A DNA stretch of 64,000 nucleotides from an uncultured cyanobacterium (GCA_963706595.1 OY970166.1:3040001-3104000); one strand, 5' to 3'; counted from the first letter of the stretch, positions 11,331 to 22,564 are shown. Notes: a model not told the origin generated them from the letters alone. Translations and numbers: made by a program.

Positions 11331-12951
11331 CTATCCATTACCCACATCTTTCTTAACATGGCTGTAAAGCAGACTGTGTGGGGATGACATAGCTTCCATG
11401 AGAGGGGATGGTTGACAAACTAGACAAAACATGAAAATGAATATATCTATATTGGGATGCGATCGTTAACCAGAAACATCAGATGGGGAGTGGGAATGGA
11501 GAAGTTTCCAGGTAGCGGCGATATCGTGTAATCGCCGTAAACCCCGCCAAATAGTTTTAACTCCCGGCTCACCATCTCCCTTGCGAGCCAGAAAGCCGCC
11601 GAGAGTGGCAATCATTCGCACCGCTTCTCGTAAAGATGGAGGTTTTTTTGGTGGGGTGGGATTTTTGTTGACAGTGGCACATAAAGATTGCCATTCATCA
11701 GTTTCTAAAACAGCATCAGAGGATAAATCAGGGTGAACTCGTGAGGAGTAAGTTAGCCATAATAAACGCCAAGCGACAACAGAATAAGTGGCTAGTGCCA
11801 TATTGATGCGGTCAGCAGTGGACAATTGTAATTGTTCAATTCTACACCCACTCTTTAGAGTGTAATGATAGCGTTCTATCAACCAACGATAGGTGTACCA
11901 TTGCACACAACGCGCGGCATCTTCTAAGTTATGAATCTCAAGGCTGGTGAGCAATAACCAACTAATAGGATTGACTCCGGGTGGTGGATGATCTTCTGAT
12001 GCCAGAATTACTTGTAACTTGACAGGTTTTAGCTGTGAACGCCCGATGTGATGTAATGGGACTTGGATATCAACACTAGTGAATCGAATTGTAAGTATCG
12101 CTTTTCTAGCACTATGTTCTGGACTGCGTTTGACCTCTGCTGTCAGTGTTCCATTGGGTTCAATTTGGCGGATTGCAAGATGTAGATATTTCGCACAATG
12201 GTCAACTTTGCGGTTGTGAGTCCCACGAATTAACAAATGGGAATTTTCTGAACGTTTGAGATTAAATAAGTCAAATATGTCTGCTTCTGAGTCACCTATT
12301 GTCACCACTTGAATCTCTGATGGGACTGAGCTTTGTGTGACTTCTAATCCATCTAACCAGCGCTGACTTTCTTTTAAAAGTGTTTCCCTTTGACGACGTT
12401 TTTTCGCTATGCCCAAATTTTCAGGTGGTCTAGCCCATACCTGCTGTTCAATAATTCCTAACGGCACTCCATTACTTGTGGCAGCAAATGTTGAATGTAC
12501 TTTCAATCCTGATGATTGACGATGGTCAAGATAACCCACACCTTTAGTTTTGGGGTGGTCTGTTAAATCTATGTTTGTTGTGTCTTGAATCGCTAAGACT
12601 ATTTGATGTTCTTTGATTCTTTCGATTGTGCTATTTATATGCCCTTGACGAATTTCACTGGCGGGAAAATATGGTGATTTCCAAAAGTTATATGCCGCTT
12701 TGGTTGCTGCCATATTTCCGCTCGCTTGTGGTACGCTGCTATCCGGCTGTGCGGCTAAGTCCTCTACTATCTTGATTAACCGCTTGTTTCGACGAAGGTC
12801 TCCTAGGTCTACCCCAGACAGTTCCTTGGCTGCCCACTTTTCCATGATTCCATTACCCGATTCTGTTCTCTCCACACTATACTTAGCAAGCTTTTTCCCT
12901 TTATATTAAGTATCTTGTTGGATTGTTAAGAAAGATGCGGGTAATGGATAG
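11331..12951 (-). mobile_element. Complete IS4-family insertion sequence
   Basis: 28-bp TIRs ctatccattacccacatctttcttaaca / tgttaagaaagatgcgggtaatggatag (1 mismatch); 9-bp target duplication ccttatagg at 11322-11330 and 12952-12960. Confidence 0.95.
11466..12875 (-). CDS. IS4-family (Tn5/IS50-like) DDE transposase
   Basis: LGDLRRNKRL, IQDTT, GDSEAD, YTYRWLIERYHYTLKSG (YREK), LGGFLARKGDGEPG. Confidence 0.96.
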   Translation of the reverse strand: MERTESGNGIMEKWAAKELSGVDLGDLRRNKRLIKIVEDLAAQPDSSVPQASGNMAATKAAYNFWKSPYFPASEIRQGHINSTIERIKEHQIVLAIQDTTNIDLTDHPKTKGVGYLDHRQSSGLKVHSTFAATSNGVPLGIIEQQVWARPPENLGIAKKRRQRETLLKESQRWLDGLEVTQSSVPSEIQVVTIGDSEADIFDLFNLKRSENSHLLIRGTHNRKVDHCAKYLHLAIRQIEPNGTLTAEVKRSPEHSARKAILTIRFTSVDIQVPLHHIGRSQLKPVKLQVILASEDHPPPGVNPISWLLLTSLEIHNLEDAARCVQWYTYRWLIERYHYTLKSGCRIEQLQLSTADRINMALATYSVVAWRLLWLTYSSRVHPDLSSDAVLETDEWQSLCATVNKNPTPPKKPPSLREAVRMIATLGGFLARKGDGEPGVKTIWRGLRRLHDIAATWKLLHSHSPSDVSG

Positions 12952-13164
12952 CCTTATAGGGGAGAGGTTTGAAGAGAGGTTTTTAGTATACTTTACGACT
13001 TTACAAACATCCTCTTAGACACCATTCGGGTTTTAAACCACTCCCCAGAAGAAGCAGGGGAGCAGGGCGCACCGGAGTAAGGGGGAGTAAGAAATTATTT
13101 TAAACTTCCGGTTACTTAACAAGCATTCTTCTTCTCCCCTGCCCCCTGCCCCTTTTCCTCTTCT

Positions 13165-13205
13165 CCCTACTCCCCACTCCCCACTCCCCACTCCCCACTC
13201 CCCAC
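13165..13205. repeat. STRR heptamer tract (CCCCACT)n
   Basis: Tandem CCCCACT/CCCTACT units. Confidence 0.85.
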
Positions 13206-13219
13206 CCATAACTAAAATT

Positions 13220-13254
13220 ACAAACCGCCTGTCTCTAGGAAACAAGCGGTTTGT
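13220..13254 (-). terminator. Hairpin downstream of psbJ
   Basis: acaaaccgc...gcggtttgt inverted repeat. Confidence 0.6.
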
Positions 13255-13318
13255 TAATGCTAATTTTTAAACAACTGCCCGAAAATCCAGACTAAATTGT
13301 TTTCTGATCAAACTATTC

Positions 13319-13441
13319 TTACATTGAAGAACCGACTCCAGCGTAGGCTCCATAAAAGAAAATGCCTACAACTGTAATTACACCTAAACCTGCGATTGTA
13401 GCGACAACCCACAGGGGAATTCTTCCACTTCCAGCAGACAC
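13319..13441 (-). CDS. psbJ: Photosystem II PsbJ
   Basis: Manual translation (GTG start) [40 protein letters not shown]. Confidence 0.96.
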   Translation of the reverse strand: MSAGSGRIPLWVVATIAGLGVITVVGIFFYGAYAGVGSSM

Positions 13442-13512
13442 AGCTTTTCTCCTCCCTTAATAACAAATCAACGCTGATTTCATGAACAAAGATTTACAAC
13501 ACTTGCTCTGTG

Positions 13513-13632
13513 TTAGTTAAAGAAGTAACTAGAGAACAGAATTCCTAGAACAAAGACTAAAAGTAGTCCCAGGTATAGTGAAGTCCGGTTTAGTTCAACC
13601 GGTTGATTATTCGGATTAGGCGATCTATCCAT
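13513..13632 (-). CDS. psbL: Photosystem II PsbL
   Basis: Manual translation [39 protein letters not shown]. Confidence 0.97.
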   Translation of the reverse strand: MDRSPNPNNQPVELNRTSLYLGLLLVFVLGILFSSYFFN

Positions 13633-13641
13633 AATTTCCTC

Positions 13642-13779
13642 CTAGCGTTGAATAAACTGCATGGCGGCGATCGCGCCTAAAAAGAAGACCGAAGGTACAC
13701 CCAAAGTATGAATTGCCAGCCATCTCACTGTAAAAATGGGATAGGTAATTGGCTGATTTATGTCATTTCCGCTAGTCAT
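13642..13779 (-). CDS. psbF: Cytochrome b559 beta subunit
   Basis: Manual translation [45 protein letters not shown]. Confidence 0.97.
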   Translation of the reverse strand: MTSGNDINQPITYPIFTVRWLAIHTLGVPSVFFLGAIAAMQFIQR

Positions 13780-13788
13780 AATTTCAAA

Positions 13789-14037
13789 CTACTTACCGAT
13801 AAATTGTTCAACTTGCTGTTTAGCGCCAAAACGATCCTTCACAATGGGCAATTCCTGCCGTGTTTGTGTGTAGTATTCGTTAGGACGGGGAGTGCCGAAA
13901 GCATCATAAGCCAATCCGGTTTGGACAAAGAGCCATCCAGCAATAAATAATGCGGGAATGGTGATGCTGTGAATTACCCAGTAACGAACGCTGGTAATAA
14001 TGTCCGAAAACGGACGTTCTCCAGTGGTACCTGACAT
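13789..14037 (-). CDS. psbE: Cytochrome b559 alpha subunit
   Basis: [28 protein letters not shown]. Confidence 0.98.
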   Translation of the reverse strand: MSGTTGERPFSDIITSVRYWVIHSITIPALFIAGWLFVQTGLAYDAFGTPRPNEYYTQTRQELPIVKDRFGAKQQVEQFIGK

Positions 14038-14155
14038 TTAGATTCCTACCTTCACAAAGATTGTTATTGTCTATTATCCTACAAAGTTTAGAAAGAGTTA
14101 CAAGTTGCAACGACCTTCTCAGAAATCAGAGCGAATACTGAAGCCTATCATCCCA

Positions 14156-15184
14156 CTAAGCTGCCTCTGGTGAGGAAGTTTTAGCAATGTTTGGTTGGTA
14201 TTTTAACAAAACGCCGCGATCGCCGATCACAAATCCCTGATTAGGATTGAAGAAAACAACTTTGTACAAATTAGCCGCTACTCCCTCCACATCACGGTCT
14301 TTTTCCCAAGTTTGACCACCATCAGGGCTTAAAAGTAAATTACCGCTACCGCCACCTATCCAAAGTTCATCGGGAGTGCGATAAGCCAAATCCAATAAAC
14401 CCCAACTGGTAGCCAACTCAGGATTTTGCGCTTCTTGCCATTCTTCAGGATTATTGAGATCGCTGAACTGCACCTGACCCCCACGGGCCAGCAGCCACAA
14501 CTGCCCATTCTCAGCAAAACCCATATTTTCTAAGCGGCGAGAATTATTGCGGTTATGGGGTTCCCAGCTAGTTTGTCCTGGTTCCCAAGTAGAGTAGAAA
14601 CTACCCTTAGCCGAAACAGCAACATATTTACCATCAGGCGATCGCTCAATATTACGCACCACACCAACGGCTCCCTCTACCTGGGCTTTCCAGTTGATAC
14701 CACCGTCTTGAGTTCTATATATTGCTCCCACATCGGTAGCCATTTCCGCCGAATTTTCTCCCAAAGCATAAATAGCGATGGGACTACCGGGTAGCTTTTC
14801 GCTCAGAGCAATGCGCGACCAAGAACTACCTTCGTCAGTGGTATGCAACAGTAGAGAAGGTTCACCCAAAATCCAGCCTTCTTTGCCAGCAAAACTTACT
14901 GAGTCAAAGCGAGACTTCGGATCATCCAATTCCAACGTTAGCGGTTGCCAAGTATCACCACCATCATTGGTTTCCAAAAGAGTAGCATTGCCACCCACCA
15001 GAAAACCATGCTGAGAGTTATCAGTAAAGGCGATATCCAGCAGCTTAGAATCTGTTGGCACAGAAATTATCGCCCAAGGGTTAGAGACGGTAGAGGGAAC
15101 TTTGCTACAACCTATACACAAGAAAACTACTATCAACAAGGCAAATAATCTTTGCCAATTTTTCATAATACCCATTGAATGCAT
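14156..15184 (-). CDS. ycf48: PSII assembly factor Ycf48/HCF136
   Basis: BNR-like repeats (TNDGGDTW, TQDGGINW), RNNSRRL motif, located between rubA and psbE; true start may be a few codons downstream. Confidence 0.95.
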   Translation of the reverse strand: MHSMGIMKNWQRLFALLIVVFLCIGCSKVPSTVSNPWAIISVPTDSKLLDIAFTDNSQHGFLVGGNATLLETNDGGDTWQPLTLELDDPKSRFDSVSFAGKEGWILGEPSLLLHTTDEGSSWSRIALSEKLPGSPIAIYALGENSAEMATDVGAIYRTQDGGINWKAQVEGAVGVVRNIERSPDGKYVAVSAKGSFYSTWEPGQTSWEPHNRNNSRRLENMGFAENGQLWLLARGGQVQFSDLNNPEEWQEAQNPELATSWGLLDLAYRTPDELWIGGGSGNLLLSPDGGQTWEKDRDVEGVAANLYKVVFFNPNQGFVIGDRGVLLKYQPNIAKTSSPEAA

Positions 15185-15265
15185 CAGTATTTTTTACTTT
15201 TTTCTAAATTCTTGATCTGAGTGGCGATCGCCGCCCTCTAAAACTTGCTAAAAAGATAACGGGTC

Positions 15266-15613
15266 TTATTGTAAGCCGTAGAGACTGATAAAAAACAAAA
15301 ACCCCAGCGCCAAAGCCCCAAAAATCAGGAGATTTTTCTGCCCTGGTGTCATTCTGTTAACACCCAAACCATAACCAAGATTTTCTTTAAAACCCGACAC
15401 AGTACCAGCAGGTCCAATATTGGCGAAAGCAATCTTCTTCGCCGTACATACCGGACAACGCCAAGTTATGGGCAGTTCAGCAAACAGAGTTCCTGGGTCA
15501 ATATTATGGCTATCGTCTCCCTTTTCAGGTTCGTAAACATAACCACAGGCACGGCATTCAAAGCGGTCTAATGCCGGAGTTTCAACAGCTTGTTCGTTAG
15601 CTTGTTCGCTCAT
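15266..15613 (-). CDS. rubA: Membrane-anchored rubredoxin RubA
   Basis: CRACGYVY and WRCPVC motifs, C-terminal TM helix, synteny with ycf48. Confidence 0.95.
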   Translation of the reverse strand: MSEQANEQAVETPALDRFECRACGYVYEPEKGDDSHNIDPGTLFAELPITWRCPVCTAKKIAFANIGPAGTVSGFKENLGYGLGVNRMTPGQKNLLIFGALALGFLFFISLYGLQ

Positions 15614-15806
15614 GGCTAAATCCTCGCAGAGGAGAAATATTAAATATACGTTACAAATTATGACATAACTGTGAGACTTTTCCATCATCTGCAAAAACGA
15701 TTAATACCTGAAATCGTTCTGTTTCACAGATTTCATCAAAAGCAACCAGATATAATGTAAAAGAAAGTAACAGCCTTATTTACACCATTAGCGGTAGATA
15801 TTCATT

Positions 15807-16169
15807 GTGTTTGTCCTTAGCGGTTACGAGTACCTTCTAGGCTTCTTCATCATCTGTAGCCTAGTTCCAGCCCTTGCACTTTCAGCCTCCAAGCTCCTGC
15901 GACCCAGTGGTAACAGCCTAGAACGGCGCACTACTTATGAATCCGGCATGGAACCCATTGGCGGAGCCTGGATTCAGTTCAACATTCGCTACTATATGTT
16001 TGCCCTCGTCTTCGTCGTCTTTGACGTAGAAACCGTATTCCTGTACCCTTGGGCGGTTGCCTTCCACCGTTTGGGGCTTTTGGCATTCATTGAAGCCTTA
16101 GTTTTTATCTCAATTCTAGTAGTTGCCCTAGTCTACGCATGGCGTAAAGGAGCGTTGGAATGGTCTTAA
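15807..16169 (+). CDS. ndhC: NDH-1 subunit 3
   Basis: [30 protein letters not shown]. Confidence 0.97.
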   Translation: MFVLSGYEYLLGFFIICSLVPALALSASKLLRPSGNSLERRTTYESGMEPIGGAWIQFNIRYYMFALVFVVFDVETVFLYPWAVAFHRLGLLAFIEALVFISILVVALVYAWRKGALEWS

Positions 16170-16897
16170 ACTCAAAATTAACCACCCCAGACAAAGAGCA
16201 AATCATCAACCCGGTTGAACGTCCCGCAATCACCCAGGATTTGTCAGAAAACGTCATTCTCACCACAGTTGATGACCTTTATAACTGGGCAAGGCTTTCG
16301 AGTCTGTGGCCTTTGCTATTTGGTACAGCTTGCTGCTTCATTGAGTTTGCAGCTTTAATTGGCTCCCGGTTTGACTTTGACCGTTTCGGTCTCATTCCCC
16401 GTTCCAGCCCCCGTCAAGCCGATTTAATTATTACAGCAGGCACAATTACCATGAAGATGGCACCCCAATTGGTGCGTCTTTATGAACAAATGCCCGAACC
16501 CAAGTATGTGATCGCTATGGGTGCTTGTACAATTACTGGCGGGATGTTCAGCATGGACTCTCCCACAGCTGTACGTGGAGTTGATAAACTCATTCCTGTA
16601 GATGTTTACTTGCCTGGTTGTCCCCCTCGTCCCGAAGCGATTATTGACGCAATTATTAAATTGCGGAAAAAAATAGCTAACGATTCCATGCAGGAACGAG
16701 GACAACTGAAGCAAACCCACCGTTTCTACAGCACAACTCACAATCTCAAGCCCACAGAGCAAATTTTAACTGGTAAATATTTGCAGTCAGAAACTCGCTA
16801 CACACCACCGAAGGAATTGACAGAAGCTATTGGTTTGCCAGTTCCACCTGCGCTGCTGACAGCAAAGACACAAGAGAAGGAGCAAAACCGTGGCTGA
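16160..16897 (+). CDS. ndhK: NDH-1 subunit K
   Basis: [22 protein letters not shown]. Confidence 0.97.
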   Translation: MVLNSKLTTPDKEQIINPVERPAITQDLSENVILTTVDDLYNWARLSSLWPLLFGTACCFIEFAALIGSRFDFDRFGLIPRSSPRQADLIITAGTITMKMAPQLVRLYEQMPEPKYVIAMGACTITGGMFSMDSPTAVRGVDKLIPVDVYLPGCPPRPEAIIDAIIKLRKKIANDSMQERGQLKQTHRFYSTTHNLKPTEQILTGKYLQSETRYTPPKELTEAIGLPVPPALLTAKTQEKEQNRG

Positions 16898-17417
16898 AGA
16901 AGAATCCAAACCAGTACCAGCAGCAGAAGAGTCTCTAGTTAAAGCCGGTCAAATTTCCCAATGGTTAACGGAAAATGGTTTTGATCATGAGGCTTTGGAA
17001 CCTGATAAGCTTGGGGTAGAAATAATTAAGGTAGAGGCAGATTTTCTGCTCCCTATTTCTACAGCCCTTTATGCTTACGGGTTTAATTACCTTCAGTTTC
17101 AATCTGGTATTGACCTTGGTCCAGGTCAGGATTTAGTCAGTGTCTATCACTTAATTAAAGTTGGTGATGATGCTGTTAAACCTGAAGAAATCCGGGTGAA
17201 AGTGTTTCTACCGCGTGAAAATCCCAGTGTGCCTTCAGTTTACTGGATCTGGAAAACCGCAGACTGGCAAGAGCGCGAAACTTACGATATGTTCGGCATT
17301 GTCTATGAAGGTCATCCGAATCTGAAGCGGATTTTGATGCCGGAAGATTGGGTGGGTTGGCCTTTGCGGAAGGATTACATCTCGCCTGATTTCTACGAGT
17401 TGCAAGATGCTTATTAG
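16890..17417 (+). CDS. ndhJ: NDH-1 subunit J
   Basis: [22 protein letters not shown]. Confidence 0.97.
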   Translation: MAEEESKPVPAAEESLVKAGQISQWLTENGFDHEALEPDKLGVEIIKVEADFLLPISTALYAYGFNYLQFQSGIDLGPGQDLVSVYHLIKVGDDAVKPEEIRVKVFLPRENPSVPSVYWIWKTADWQERETYDMFGIVYEGHPNLKRILMPEDWVGWPLRKDYISPDFYELQDAY

Positions 17418-17617
17418 GTAGCGCTGATTTTCAGCAGTGAGAATTTTGTTCAACTCACCTTAGCCCCTTTCCGGTCGCGGAGAGGGGTAATGTTTTTTAA
17501 CGCAAAGGGGCGCGGAGGTTAGCGCAAAGGTACGCGGAGAATGAGGAGTTTACTGACTGGCTAGAGCTGATTAGTTCAGTTAAGTTGGCTTCGCATCCTA
17601 TGTAAGATACTATTATC

Positions 17618-17719
17618 TATAGCCATCCTATTTGATTTATGAATTTATCGAACCGCCAAGTCGCCAAGGTCGCCAAGTGAAGAAGTAAAGAGGTTCAGAA
17701 ATAATTTAGGACTGCTATA
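17618..17719. mobile_element. Short IS630-like MITE
   Basis: tatagccatccta ... taggactgctata terminal inverted repeats. Confidence 0.6.
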
Positions 17720-17746
17720 GTTGTAAATTACGTTATCCCTAGTTTT

Positions 17747-18205
17747 TCACATAAAATAATTTTGAAGTTCTTTTCTTTTTTTTATTATTTCATTATCAAT
17801 AATTATACTGATCGATTTAAAAATATTTATTAAAATATCTAATTCGGAAGTTTGAATATCACTCATACTATTAATTGGTTTTAAATGTTTTTCTATATCT
17901 TCATAAATACCCCATTCTTTTAAAATAACTTCGTTAGACTCAACTTCTTTTAACCCATCAAAAATAATATTAACTATATTAGTATTATTTAGTGGGTATA
18001 TGCCACGTTTAATAGTTATTAATTTAACAAAACCATCAGTAATGTTAGTTTTAATTTTAATTAAAGTTAAAATATCAGATTCCAAAAACTTTATAGATAA
18101 AGTTTGATTTTTTATTTTTATATTTGTACGCCAATTTACCATACTTAAAATCAATGAAAATAAAGAAATAATTACTGTAATTAAACTTTTGAAATCGAAA
18201 TCCAT
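17747..18205 (-). CDS. Very AT-rich hypothetical protein with one N-terminal TM helix
   Basis: 152-codon ORF in about 20% GC DNA (sample lines counted), where stops would be frequent by chance. Confidence 0.7.
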   Translation of the reverse strand: MDFDFKSLITVIISLFSLILSMVNWRTNIKIKNQTLSIKFLESDILTLIKIKTNITDGFVKLITIKRGIYPLNNTNIVNIIFDGLKEVESNEVILKEWGIYEDIEKHLKPINSMSDIQTSELDILINIFKSISIIIDNEIIKKRKELQNYFM

Positions 18206-18419
18206 AATAATTATTTTTAAATTTAAAGACTATTGAATCTTATAATATTAGGTTCTTGCGTCTCTTTTATGCTGATTGAGGATTGATTATAACAAAACCC
18301 TTATGGGGCAAGGGTTATAAAGAATCATGGCATGATTTTGAATGAAATGCCCACGGAATAAGGATTTTAACGATTTTGAAGATGGTTTTCCATAAAAAGT
18401 ACCGAAGAACCGCAAATAT

Positions 18420-18821
18420 TTATATTTCTGCTGAAACGTTGCACAACCCAAGATGTTCCACAAATGGTAAAAAATCTTTGTCACTGAATAAAAGTGAGTT
18501 TTGGGTTTCGATACAGAAAGTTGCGATAATAACATCAGCCGTCTTCCGAATCGTGATACCACGCTTTCTGAGAAACCTATAGTTATCAACACTTTTGAGA
18601 GCAAAATTAACACCCAACATTTCAAAAATTGTCAGAGAAGTTAACAATTTATTTGCTGTTCTATAATCGGTATCTGAGCGAAATCCTTGTAAAACTTCAG
18701 TCAAAATCAGGTCGCCAATTGCAAGCGGTTCTACTCCCAGAAGACCATCTAGTTTATTTGTTTCTGGAGTTTCCCTGCCATTGAAATAGTCTATCCACAC
18801 GCTTGAATCTACAAGAATCAT
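18420..18821 (-). CDS. vapC: VapC-family PIN-domain toxin
   Basis: ILVDSSVWID, EVLQG, DVIIA, DKDF acidic PIN residues. Confidence 0.93.
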   Translation of the reverse strand: MILVDSSVWIDYFNGRETPETNKLDGLLGVEPLAIGDLILTEVLQGFRSDTDYRTANKLLTSLTIFEMLGVNFALKSVDNYRFLRKRGITIRKTADVIIATFCIETQNSLLFSDKDFLPFVEHLGLCNVSAEI

Positions 18822-19012
18822 TGATTTGTTCTTATTTCTTCAAGGTCGCCTTCCCATTTTAGATTGCCTCTATAAGTTTTAATTGTTTCTTGTTGTTTTA
18901 GTTTAATCAGTGTTTTCAGCCCAAGTTCTATCACTTCTCTTTGAGTTTTAATTCCAGTTGCTTTAATAGCATCATCTATAAGTTTTTCATCAATAACAAT
19001 GTTGTTAATCAT
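18818..19012 (-). CDS. vapB: VapB-family antitoxin
   Basis: NIVIDEKLIDDA...WEGDLEEIR; 4-nt overlap with vapC. Confidence 0.88.
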   Translation of the reverse strand: MINNIVIDEKLIDDAIKATGIKTQREVIELGLKTLIKLKQQETIKTYRGNLKWEGDLEEIRTNQ

Positions 19013-19217
19013 GACAGGGTTATATGGATACTCTGGATAGGATATTTTGGTAATCAATTAAACTTGACTTGAGGCGATTTGCAAGTGTGAATTAGCCTTT
19101 AATTGAATGTTAAAGCGTATTCGTTGAGGTTGTCAACTAACTTATGAAAACACTTGTACTCATTTTGGTATAAAGTGTGAATCTTGATTTAGTATTTATG
19201 TACTATAGCAATTATAA

Positions 19218-19772
19218 CTAAAGCGTTAGCCAGCTAAAAACTTGCTCAACAGTTAGGGATAAATCTATGTTGCTGAGAACGGGTAACGAGTCTGCACCTG
19301 TGAGCATTTCAACTCGTTGATTTGGGAATATGGTTAAAATGCTGGTTTCTTCTGGAAAAATTAACCAGCCTAGTTCTGTGCCATTTTGGGAACAGTGTAG
19401 CAGGTTACGGAGAACTTTGGCTTGGCTTTGGCCTGAAGAAAGAATTTCTATTGCCCAGTCTGGATGAGTTTGAAAACGGTTGGCAATTCTGCCGCTTGGT
19501 TCACGGGGAATGCGTTCCCAACGAAATACGGCAATATCAGGAATTATCGCAGCACCGCCAAAAACACAACGCAGTTCGGGGAAAGCAAAGGCAGTTTTTG
19601 GAGTTTCCGCAACTTCATTAATAGTAGCGACCAGTTTACCTTGCAAACGGCTATGTTCTCCTTGAGGCATGGGTTTTTGGCTAATTTTTCCGTCAATATA
19701 TTCGGAAGCGGGTTTGGTTTCGGGAAATTGCAGGAATTCTTCTAAGCTGATTGATTTGACTAGCGTACTCAT
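19218..19772 (-). CDS. Uma2-family (DUF820) endonuclease-fold protein
   Basis: PETKPASEYIDG, PELRC, PDIAV, PDWAIEILS. Confidence 0.92.
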   Translation of the reverse strand: MSTLVKSISLEEFLQFPETKPASEYIDGKISQKPMPQGEHSRLQGKLVATINEVAETPKTAFAFPELRCVFGGAAIIPDIAVFRWERIPREPSGRIANRFQTHPDWAIEILSSGQSQAKVLRNLLHCSQNGTELGWLIFPEETSILTIFPNQRVEMLTGADSLPVLSNIDLSLTVEQVFSWLTL

Positions 19773-19955
19773 CGTTTTTCCTCGCCAAATTCTCTTACTT
19801 GTATTTTACTTTTTTAATTTGTTGATCCTGGATATTTTTTTTAATATGTATATGAAATCACATAAGTTTTTATACTGAAGATACAACTGTAGGGGGAGAA
19901 TTAGAGATAGCGATCGCCAATAGCCTAGACATAACCAACTAAAAGAGGTTAAGTT

Positions 19956-20147
19956 ATGGCAGTATCAGCAATTGACATTTCCAGAAGTCTCAGTGGTATA
20001 GACTTTCCGGTAAACAAAGAAGGTTTAGTTAACCATGCTAGACAGAAAAAAGCCAACCAGGAGATAATCGACACCCTGCAACAAATGCCAGAACGGGAAT
20101 ATGGCAACATGGCAGATGTAGAACACGCCTTTGGTGAAGTGAAATAA
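19956..20147 (+). CDS. DUF2795-like small protein
   Basis: LSGIDFPVNKEGLVNHAR...MPEREY; GAGG RBS. Confidence 0.8.
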   Translation: MAVSAIDISRSLSGIDFPVNKEGLVNHARQKKANQEIIDTLQQMPEREYGNMADVEHAFGEVK

Positions 20148-20268
20148 TTCCTGAAGTTCTACGGGCGGGTTTACAGATATCATTCATCATTAACGGGCTG
20201 ATGAGTAAACCCGCTCCTACTTTAAAAAAGCGATCGCTCTAAAAATGGGGCGATCGCTTCTAAAATGA

Positions 20269-22212
20269 TTAAACCAGCAGTGATTGCATCAATGGTCTGT
20301 CTTCAGATAACTTCCCAGTCCGTAACCACTCACCCAGTTCATCTGGTGCTTGCACTTGGTTGAGACGTTCGCGCAACTTAGCACCTTCGAGAATTTCTTT
20401 CTCCAATAACGCCTGTGCAGTCTCCTCTAGCAACTCGCGGTTATAATGCAAAATACTTAAAGCGATGTGATGAGCATTATCCAGCGTCAGCTTCACTTCC
20501 CGGTCAATTTCCTCAGCCACTTTGGGGCTAATACTACGGCGAGGATTACCATAACCTTCGAGGAACTGCTGTTGTTGAATCTTCTCAAAAGCTACAGGAC
20601 CCAATTTTTCACTCATACCATAGATAGTAATGGCTCGTTCCGCTAAATCAGTAGCCTTCTGGATATCATCAGCCGCACCAGTGGAAACCTTGCCAAATAC
20701 AGTTTCTTCCGCCGAACGTCCACCCAACAAAGTTGCAATGCGACCGCGAATTTCATCTTCTATCATCAAGAAGCGGTCTTCTTCGGGCATCTGAATTGTA
20801 TAACCCAAAGCACCCACACCACGGGGGACAACAGAGATTTTTTCCACCTTACCAGCCCCAGGCATTAACGCACCGATAATGGCGTGACCGACTTCGTGAT
20901 AAGCTACGGTGGTTTTTTCCAGTTCATTCAGCACACGAGAGCGTTTTTCTAACCCAGCTACCAAGCGTTCAATAGCTTCATTAAAATCTGCCATCATCAC
21001 CGCTTGCCGATTTTGCCGTGCTGCTAATAATGCCGCTTCATTCACCAAGTTAGCTAAATCTGCACCCGCAAAACCAGGAGTTCTCGCGGCAATAGTTGAC
21101 AAATTAACATCATTAGCTAATTTGACATTTTTCGCATGGACATTGAGAATAGCTTCCCTACCGCTTTTATCAGGACGGTCAACCACAACTTGACGGTCAA
21201 ATCGTCCAGGACGGCTTAAAGCGGGGTCAATGACTTCAGGACGGTTAGTAGCAGCGATAATTATCACCCCTGTGTTAGCGTCAAAACCATCCATTTCGCT
21301 GAGTAACTGGTTGAGAGTTTGTTCGCGTTCATCGTTCCCGCCCATCATTGGTCCAGCACCGCCACGAGACTTACCCAGTGCGTCTAACTCGTCAATAAAG
21401 ACAATACAGGGCGCTTGCTGTTTAGCTTGGTCGAACAAGTCCCGCACACGTGAAGCACCGACACCCACGAATAACTCAATAAATTCTGAACCAGAAATGC
21501 TGAAAAAGGGAACACCCGCTTCACCAGCCACAGCTTTAGCGAGCATGGTTTTACCTGTTCCTGGCGGTCCGACTAACAAGACACCTTTGGGAATTTTTGC
21601 CCCCAGTCTGGTGTATTTACCCGCATTTTTGAGAAAATCAATGATTTCTTCCAGTTCGGCTTTGGCTTCATCGACACCAGCCACATCACTAAATTTTACA
21701 CCTGTGATGCCTTCAGAATAGATGCGGGCTTTGCTTTTACCTACTGTTAAAGCCGCAGGTCCACCACCTTGACGATTGATTAAGAAAGCCCAAATTCCAA
21801 AGAAAATTAAAGGTGGGGCTACCCAGCTAAGTAAAGTCCCAATCCAGGCGTTCTCAGATGGGGGTGGGGCAGTAAATTGGACATCATGCTCACGGAGAAT
21901 TTTGGGCAAATCCAAATCCAGAGCTACTGGCGTAGTGGTAAATACTTTTTCTACAGTTTCGCCTTCAGGAGTTTGGGTTTTGATGGTATATTCAATGCGA
22001 TCGCTACCCACAACAGCTTGCTCAACTTGATTATTTTGCACCTGAGTAATAAACTCACTGTAAGGGACTTGCACTTGTCGCTGCCCAAACAAACTGGGAA
22101 CAATTAAGTTAAGCAGTAATAAAAAACTTAGCAAAATCAGTAAACTACCGCCAAACTGCCTAGTTTTCGGATCTTTATTTGGTTTATTGTGATTATTAGT
22201 TTCTACAGGCAT
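20269..22212 (-). CDS. ftsH: ATP-dependent zinc metalloprotease FtsH (probably FtsH4 clade)
   Basis: Two TM helices, [26 protein letters not shown]. Confidence 0.96.
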   Translation of the reverse strand: MPVETNNHNKPNKDPKTRQFGGSLLILLSFLLLLNLIVPSLFGQRQVQVPYSEFITQVQNNQVEQAVVGSDRIEYTIKTQTPEGETVEKVFTTTPVALDLDLPKILREHDVQFTAPPPSENAWIGTLLSWVAPPLIFFGIWAFLINRQGGGPAALTVGKSKARIYSEGITGVKFSDVAGVDEAKAELEEIIDFLKNAGKYTRLGAKIPKGVLLVGPPGTGKTMLAKAVAGEAGVPFFSISGSEFIELFVGVGASRVRDLFDQAKQQAPCIVFIDELDALGKSRGGAGPMMGGNDEREQTLNQLLSEMDGFDANTGVIIIAATNRPEVIDPALSRPGRFDRQVVVDRPDKSGREAILNVHAKNVKLANDVNLSTIAARTPGFAGADLANLVNEAALLAARQNRQAVMMADFNEAIERLVAGLEKRSRVLNELEKTTVAYHEVGHAIIGALMPGAGKVEKISVVPRGVGALGYTIQMPEEDRFLMIEDEIRGRIATLLGGRSAEETVFGKVSTGAADDIQKATDLAERAITIYGMSEKLGPVAFEKIQQQQFLEGYGNPRRSISPKVAEEIDREVKLTLDNAHHIALSILHYNRELLEETAQALLEKEILEGAKLRERLNQVQAPDELGEWLRTGKLSEDRPLMQSLLV

Positions 22213-22375
22213 TTAATATACCCTCCAAATTCAGTTATCAATTTTTCTAACTATTGGGAGCGATTTTGTCAGTGTGGATGTAAAGGTTTGTGTCTGTATA
22301 GGTCTATTCTAGAAACTAAAGTCAGTATCCTAATATCGGGTATACCCCACAGAAAAATGTGTATTGCCGAACTGT

Positions 22376-22564
22376 ATGAAAAATAATTTCGGATTTGTAG
22401 TGAAATTGTTGGTACTGTCGGGTTTGCTGTCTGTATTGATTAAGTACGCAGGACCGCATTTATCCATAGCGGCAACAAATACTAATGCGTTAATTATAGT
22501 TTTGTTACCGATTGTAATCATTGCGATCGCTTTATGTTGGAGATTTCAGTCAGCACAGTCATAA
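22376..22564 (+). CDS. Small two-TM hypothetical protein
   Basis: Two hydrophobic segments; directly upstream of the permease. Confidence 0.65.
   Translation: MKNNFGFVVKLLVLSGLLSVLIKYAGPHLSIAATNTNALIIVLLPIVIIAIALCWRFQSAQS

Larger units (their letters stand above)
11222..13014. mobile_element. About 163-bp MITE (GAGGATGTTTG termini) disrupted by the IS4 element
   Basis: gaggatgtttgaaaa at 11222 and tttacaaacatcctc ending 13014; flanked by TTG/TTA where the empty-site repeat has one TTA. Confidence 0.7.

Noticed and set aside
13033..13245. ORFs with GSGEWGV/GSREWGV repeats (also 23907-24131 and 35784-35990)
   Set aside because: Translations of CCCCACT STRR tracts.
20909..22107. Several plus-strand ORFs opposite ftsH
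   Set aside because: Antisense shadows of a conserved gene.
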